Shown piece after piece: positions 59,663 to 64,000 of a DNA stretch of 64,000 bases; position 1 is the first letter of the stretch, and each line of letters begins with the position of its first letter. Origin of the DNA: Zygnema circumcarinatum SAG 698-1b (Eukaryota; Plantae; Zygnematophyceae). The position numbers and the translations under genes were made by a program. The stretch spans positions 310,001-374,000 of the forward strand of contig CM074816.1 of the NCBI GenBank assembly GCA_037447605.1, read 5' to 3'. The notes under the pieces are model-generated. The model was not told the origin of the DNA. It ran no database searches and saw only the letters and a program-made list of their open reading frames with translations.

Positions 59663-61892
59663 ATGAGCAGCTCCACTATCGTCCTCCGCCTGCGCAGCCG
59701 CGATGGCCTGGAGCGCGTCTCCGTCCCCTCAGGTGCCAACGTAGGCGCGCTGAAGCAGTGCATATCGCAGCAGCTCGGCCTCATCCTCGAAGACCAGATT
59801 CTCTCCACCAAGCAGGAGCTGCTCCTCTCGCAGGCGCCGGAGCAGCTAAGCGACCTTCAGGTGGACTCTACGCCTCTGTCCAAATTAGGGTTAGGGCACG
59901 GCTCCATGCTGTACCTGCGATACTTTGCGCAGAGGTCGGTGGCAGGGCCCAGCAGGGTGACTCCTTCGGGGGCCTTTGGGCGCCACATGACGGTGGAGGA
60001 TCTCATTGCTCGCCAGACGCGCATAGAAAGACAGGAGCAGCCCAATTGCGCTTCTGTGTCGTTTGATCGTGATGCAGCAAACGCTTTTCAGGTGGGTAAT
60101 TCCTCCCGCTCTTTCTTTGTCGTTTTCTCTTTCTCTCTCTTTCCCGCTCTTTCTCGGTTGCTCGCTCTCAACCCCACTTCACAATGTTTTCGCTTGTCGT
60201 CAACCCTTGGTATCATCTCCCTCGCTTCATATCTCTCACGTTCACCTCTATCTATCGAAGACGAACAACCCTCTATGGAGCTTCTACCCTCTTCCTCTCG
60301 CTTGGATATTTATGTCAGAGCTGAGAATGTGTTTGTGTCATTTCAACAAGCAGAACAGGTGGTTGCAGTCGTTCTGTTTACAGGCTTGTTGAATTTTTTG
60401 TTCCGTTCCTACACAGAGTTATGTCCACGAGAGCCTTGCATTCTCTGTGAAGCGCGGCGGTTTTATGTACGGAACTGTGTCGGACGAGGGAGAAGTGGCT
60501 GTGGACTTCATATACGAACCACCCCAGCAAGGAACAGAAGTCAGCCTGGCGTTACTTCGAGATGAAGGTGGTGCATGAATTCCTGCTTTCCTGTGCACAA
60601 AAAGAAGGGGGTTCATTTGGTAGTTTCTAATTGGGGCTTCTGAAGCAATTCCTAATTTGAACCCACTGGACGATCTATCATAGCTTCATGCATCAGCAGC
60701 AAGCGGATGATGCAGAGTCTTTGTAACAAGTAAGTATTCAGTACGTATTCAAACTTGGATTGCACGCATCAATACCTTCTTCTACATGACCGACGATTAT
60801 TGGGATCCCTTTTAGCCACTGCTCTCAAACTACTCTGTTGCCTGCTTACACTGCAGAATGTCAATGGCTATCCTGTTTGTTTATGCCAGCTGAAGCTGAG
60901 TGTGCGTCTCCATCTGCTCGATATCCAAGCAGACGAGGAAAAACGAGTGGAGCTCATCGCCACGGGACTTGGAATGCGGCGAGTCGGTTTTGTTTTCACC
61001 CGAGCCCTAAGCACCGATGACCCCGGATACACGATGAGTAATGCTGAAATTCGACAAGTTGCGGCTCTGCAAGTGGAGTCCGGATCAGAGCATTTCGCAG
61101 CTGCAATTGTGAAGCTGGAGAAAAGCGAGGAGGGAGCTCCGGACGTGCACTTTGAAGCCTTTCAGCTCAGCGATCAATGCGTGAAACTGTATAAGGATGA
61201 GTGGTTTGTGCACTCCCCTGAAACTCCGCCAAACCTTTCCCGAATGAAGAAGGATGTGATACTGGCAGGAAAAGACACGTTCGAAGTCGACAATGACTTC
61301 TTTCTTGTGCCTGTCAAGATTCTCCCTCACCAGGTAGGCATTCACCCCCTCCCCCTCTCTTCTTCTCTCCCTTTTTTTTCGAGCACATTGCGACTTTGGC
61401 AGTTTGAGGTGTCTCTAGGCTTCTGTGCTGCACGTTCTCATGAAAGTGGGGAAAGCGAGTGGTAGAGGAGAATGAAGGGAGTGGAAGAAAGGGGGAGTAA
61501 AGGGATAAGGGGCAAGCAGAAAGGGAGGCAGAATAGAAGAGAGTGAGAGGCAGAACGAGAGCTTTTTTTTGCTGTCCTAGACTGCATTGCCTTTACTCCT
61601 AAAAACGAAAAGGAGGAAATGATTGATCATATTTTTGAGTGTGGTGTAGGGCCCTTTGAGGTCGACTTTTCCAATTGAAAATCGTATTCCTCCGGCCAGC
61701 GAGCAGCAGCTGAGGCAGCAGCTTGAGCGTTCCAAAGGACGACCCTTCTCAGAGCGCATTGCGGACTTCCATATGCTGCTCTTCCTCTCCCTCTTTTTGG
61801 ACCCCAACACGGACCTGCTCCCCCTAGCACAGTTCGTCAGAACCAAGGGACCCGTCCCAGACGGCTATCAGCTCATCATAGAGGCCCTGTGA
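59663..61892 (+). CDS. NPL4: Nuclear protein localization 4 (Cdc48/Ufd1 cofactor), plant type
   Basis: Exons 59663-60090 (LRLRSRDGLERV), 60417-60567 (RGGFMYG...FIYEPPQQG), 60933-61333 (GMRRVGFVFT, VHFEAFQLSDQC, VDNDFFLVPVKI) and 61650-61892 (FPIENR, DFHMLLFL). Confidence 0.96.
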
Positions 61893-62266
61893 GCTGAGAA
61901 GGGTCGAGGTTCAGGACTTCCTGAAGGGTGAAAGATTTGGATTTCAGGGTTCAGGGCCCTTCTCTTTGACACTGCTCATTTTGATGGGCTTTACAATGCT
62001 TGTAGTGGTACCCCTCCGAGATTCCTCACCATGCGCTATGTGCATGCATTCATGATGCGTATGCATGCGTGCATGTATGCTACCGCATGGGAAGGACGGT
62101 TGGAACTATGTTGTCATATGTAGTTGTAATGAAAGTTTCGCTAATTTGCCCAGATTTGGCTACTGGGTTTGTTGGTCTGTTTTCTTATATTAGTAGTAAG
62201 CCGCTGTCAAGTACCACACACGGAACACGCATCGTAATAATGTCTGCATTGGACGTTACCAAACCA

Positions 62267-62405
62267 ACCAACCAACCGAACTAAACTCAACCAAACAAAA
62301 CGAAACGAAAGCAAAGCAAACTTAGCCACATTATGCTAAAGCCAACCAAAGTACACCAACCCAAGCAACCAAATTAAACCAAACTAAACCAAATTAAACC
62401 CAACT
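62267..62405. repeat. Degenerate AAACC/AACCA-type short-unit repeat
   Basis: A/C-rich 4-5 bp units; a similar tract is at 2355-2380. Confidence 0.7.
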
Positions 62406-63131
62406 CCAAATGTCTCAGACTTCAAAAATCTGGACTAATTGGATAAATAAATGGGAGCAATTGCGATGTTTATAAACATTGTCATACTGTCGTCTATAGA
62501 AACGACATTAGATGGCTCTGTCCGCATCCTCAGCAAATTACTTCAGACCATGGCACACAGTTCTACTTTGACTAAGCCTCCATACCCGCGTTCCCTATAC
62601 ATAGCCTCTGCAGAAATAGGTCAGTGTTCCTGGCGTACTGTCAACATTTAACGACATTAGTTTATTATGCGCCAATTTTCCGTGAAAAGTTGTCAGCGAG
62701 TAACGAACCCGCCAAGTAGAACTAGGCCTAGCAGCCCCTCTAGATCGCAGGTCGAATCTAGAAATACTTATATACATTCCTGCGTCCAAATATGTTATGC
62801 ACCGCTCCTTCGTGTACAAAGCAAGGCCAGTTTGAATTGCTGTCCCCTCCTTAGCTATACAGTTGTTTCTAAAGTCGATACTGAACACTGCCAACCCCTT
62901 AGCACCGTTTGGAGACGCACATGTATGCTCCACAGATGCCCCAATTCATCCTCCAGTGACCAGTAGTTACAACCCCCCATTCAAACCTCCCATCTCATGC
63001 TCCTCCCTCCATGGGCTCGTCCCCACTTCCAGCCATTGACTCCATTTACTTAAACGTCCATAATACATTCAGCTCCACCTCCCCTTGACATATAGTGCTT
63101 CTCCGTCCCCTGTCGTCCATGGAGTTCCATG

Positions 63132-63249
63132 TCAGTCTGCCTTAAAGGCACGCACAACTTCTCGTATTGGCGCTCGGCACAAAGGGCAGCGGGGGTCATC
63201 CTTCAGCAGCTGCATGCCGCACTTGTAGCAAGCACACATGTGCCCACAC
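63132..63249 (-). CDS. Terminal exon of a C3HC4 RING-HC E3 ligase (neuralized/IAP-like C-terminal RING)
   Basis: After the acceptor CGTAACAG: CGHMCACYKCGMQLLKDDPRCPLCRAPIREVVRAFKAD*. No intact upstream exon was found in the window. Confidence 0.82.
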
Positions 63250-64000
63250 CTGTTACGAAACACATGGAACAGTTACATCGCTGAATTGACAGTTTGTCGC
63301 ATTCCATGGGAATATCAGGGATGGGGGGTTACGATGTGATGACGAGAAGTTGCAAGATACTAAAACGGGTGAACACAGGCTCAGCAGAATTGGAGGAGAA
63401 ACAGATGCACTGCAAGTAACCATAATCAGGATTACACAAATCGAAAGCACAACCCCATCATAATCCTTACTTCCCCATGTAGACATGTTCTAGCTTTTGG
63501 TTGCAAGTACTTGACGGCTATCTGAAAACGAGATCTGCCTTCCATCGGCTACGTAATAATGAATCAATCTGGATGATACATTTCAAGAGCACACACCACA
63601 AATAGAGGCAGATCCTGTATTCACCGAACTTACTTATACAAGAGGGAGTCAATATCATTCCGGCAGCAGATGCAGCACACCCCTGCCTTCATCAGCATCC
63701 ATTTGGAACCGTCTATTGCCTCCCTTGGCACCTCTGCAACCACCATTTTTCAAATAGCCAAGTTACCATTCGAACAATCTGCATATTTGCATGGCCGATG
63801 TGCAGTCCCAAATCCTCAATCATATACCCTCACGGATGCTTTTGGAAGAAGCCAATCTTATCTTATTCCATTACGAAGTGATCCTCGGCATAAGTTTAAA
63901 AAATCCTTCGTGGGGTTTAGAAGTTTTGTTCATTGAGAAAAAATGAATGATCATGTGTACCTCCACCAGCTGCTTCATAGACTCGGTTAAGTGCTCCCGC

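Noticed and set aside
1-64000. rRNA, tRNA, transposase, reverse transcriptase or viral hallmark genes
   Set aside because: No recognisable motifs were seen on either strand by eye; a covariance/HMM search was not possible.

Overview
Eukaryotic nuclear DNA with spliceosomal introns, plant-type genes, telo-boxes and G-boxes; most likely a streptophyte alga or early-diverging land plant (inference from gene content). It is a draft assembly with several 10-N gaps and one 100-N gap. Exon chains were reconstructed by hand from GT/GC-AG sites and reading frame. Supported genes, in order: 3' part of an LRR-EGF-extensin-AGP protein with a probable GPI signal (+), plastid type-A DnaJ (+), NUB1 (-), an unknown secreted Pro/Cys protein (+), an intronless secreted LysM-like protein (+), a bacterial-type D-tagatose/psicose 3-epimerase with a transit peptide (-), a GT90/CAP10 glycosyltransferase (+), two tandem CYSTM genes (-), a SYT4/5-like synaptotagmin with only one C2 domain (+), a plastid SLH-domain protein (+), NPL4 (+) and the last exon of a RING-HC E3 (-). 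A 432-bp hAT MITE with perfect TIRs and an 8-bp TSD is unambiguous. The least explained region is about 6.4-15.3 kb: decayed coding-like DNA with many candidate 23-37 nt GT-AG mini-introns converges on a block of tandem repeats, five 24-bp palindromes with compensatory changes, hairpins and eight ACGTGGCA motifs. It may be one uncharacterised mobile or foreign element (inference only). No rRNA, tRNA or CRISPR array was found. No database searches were run; family calls rest on recalled motifs.
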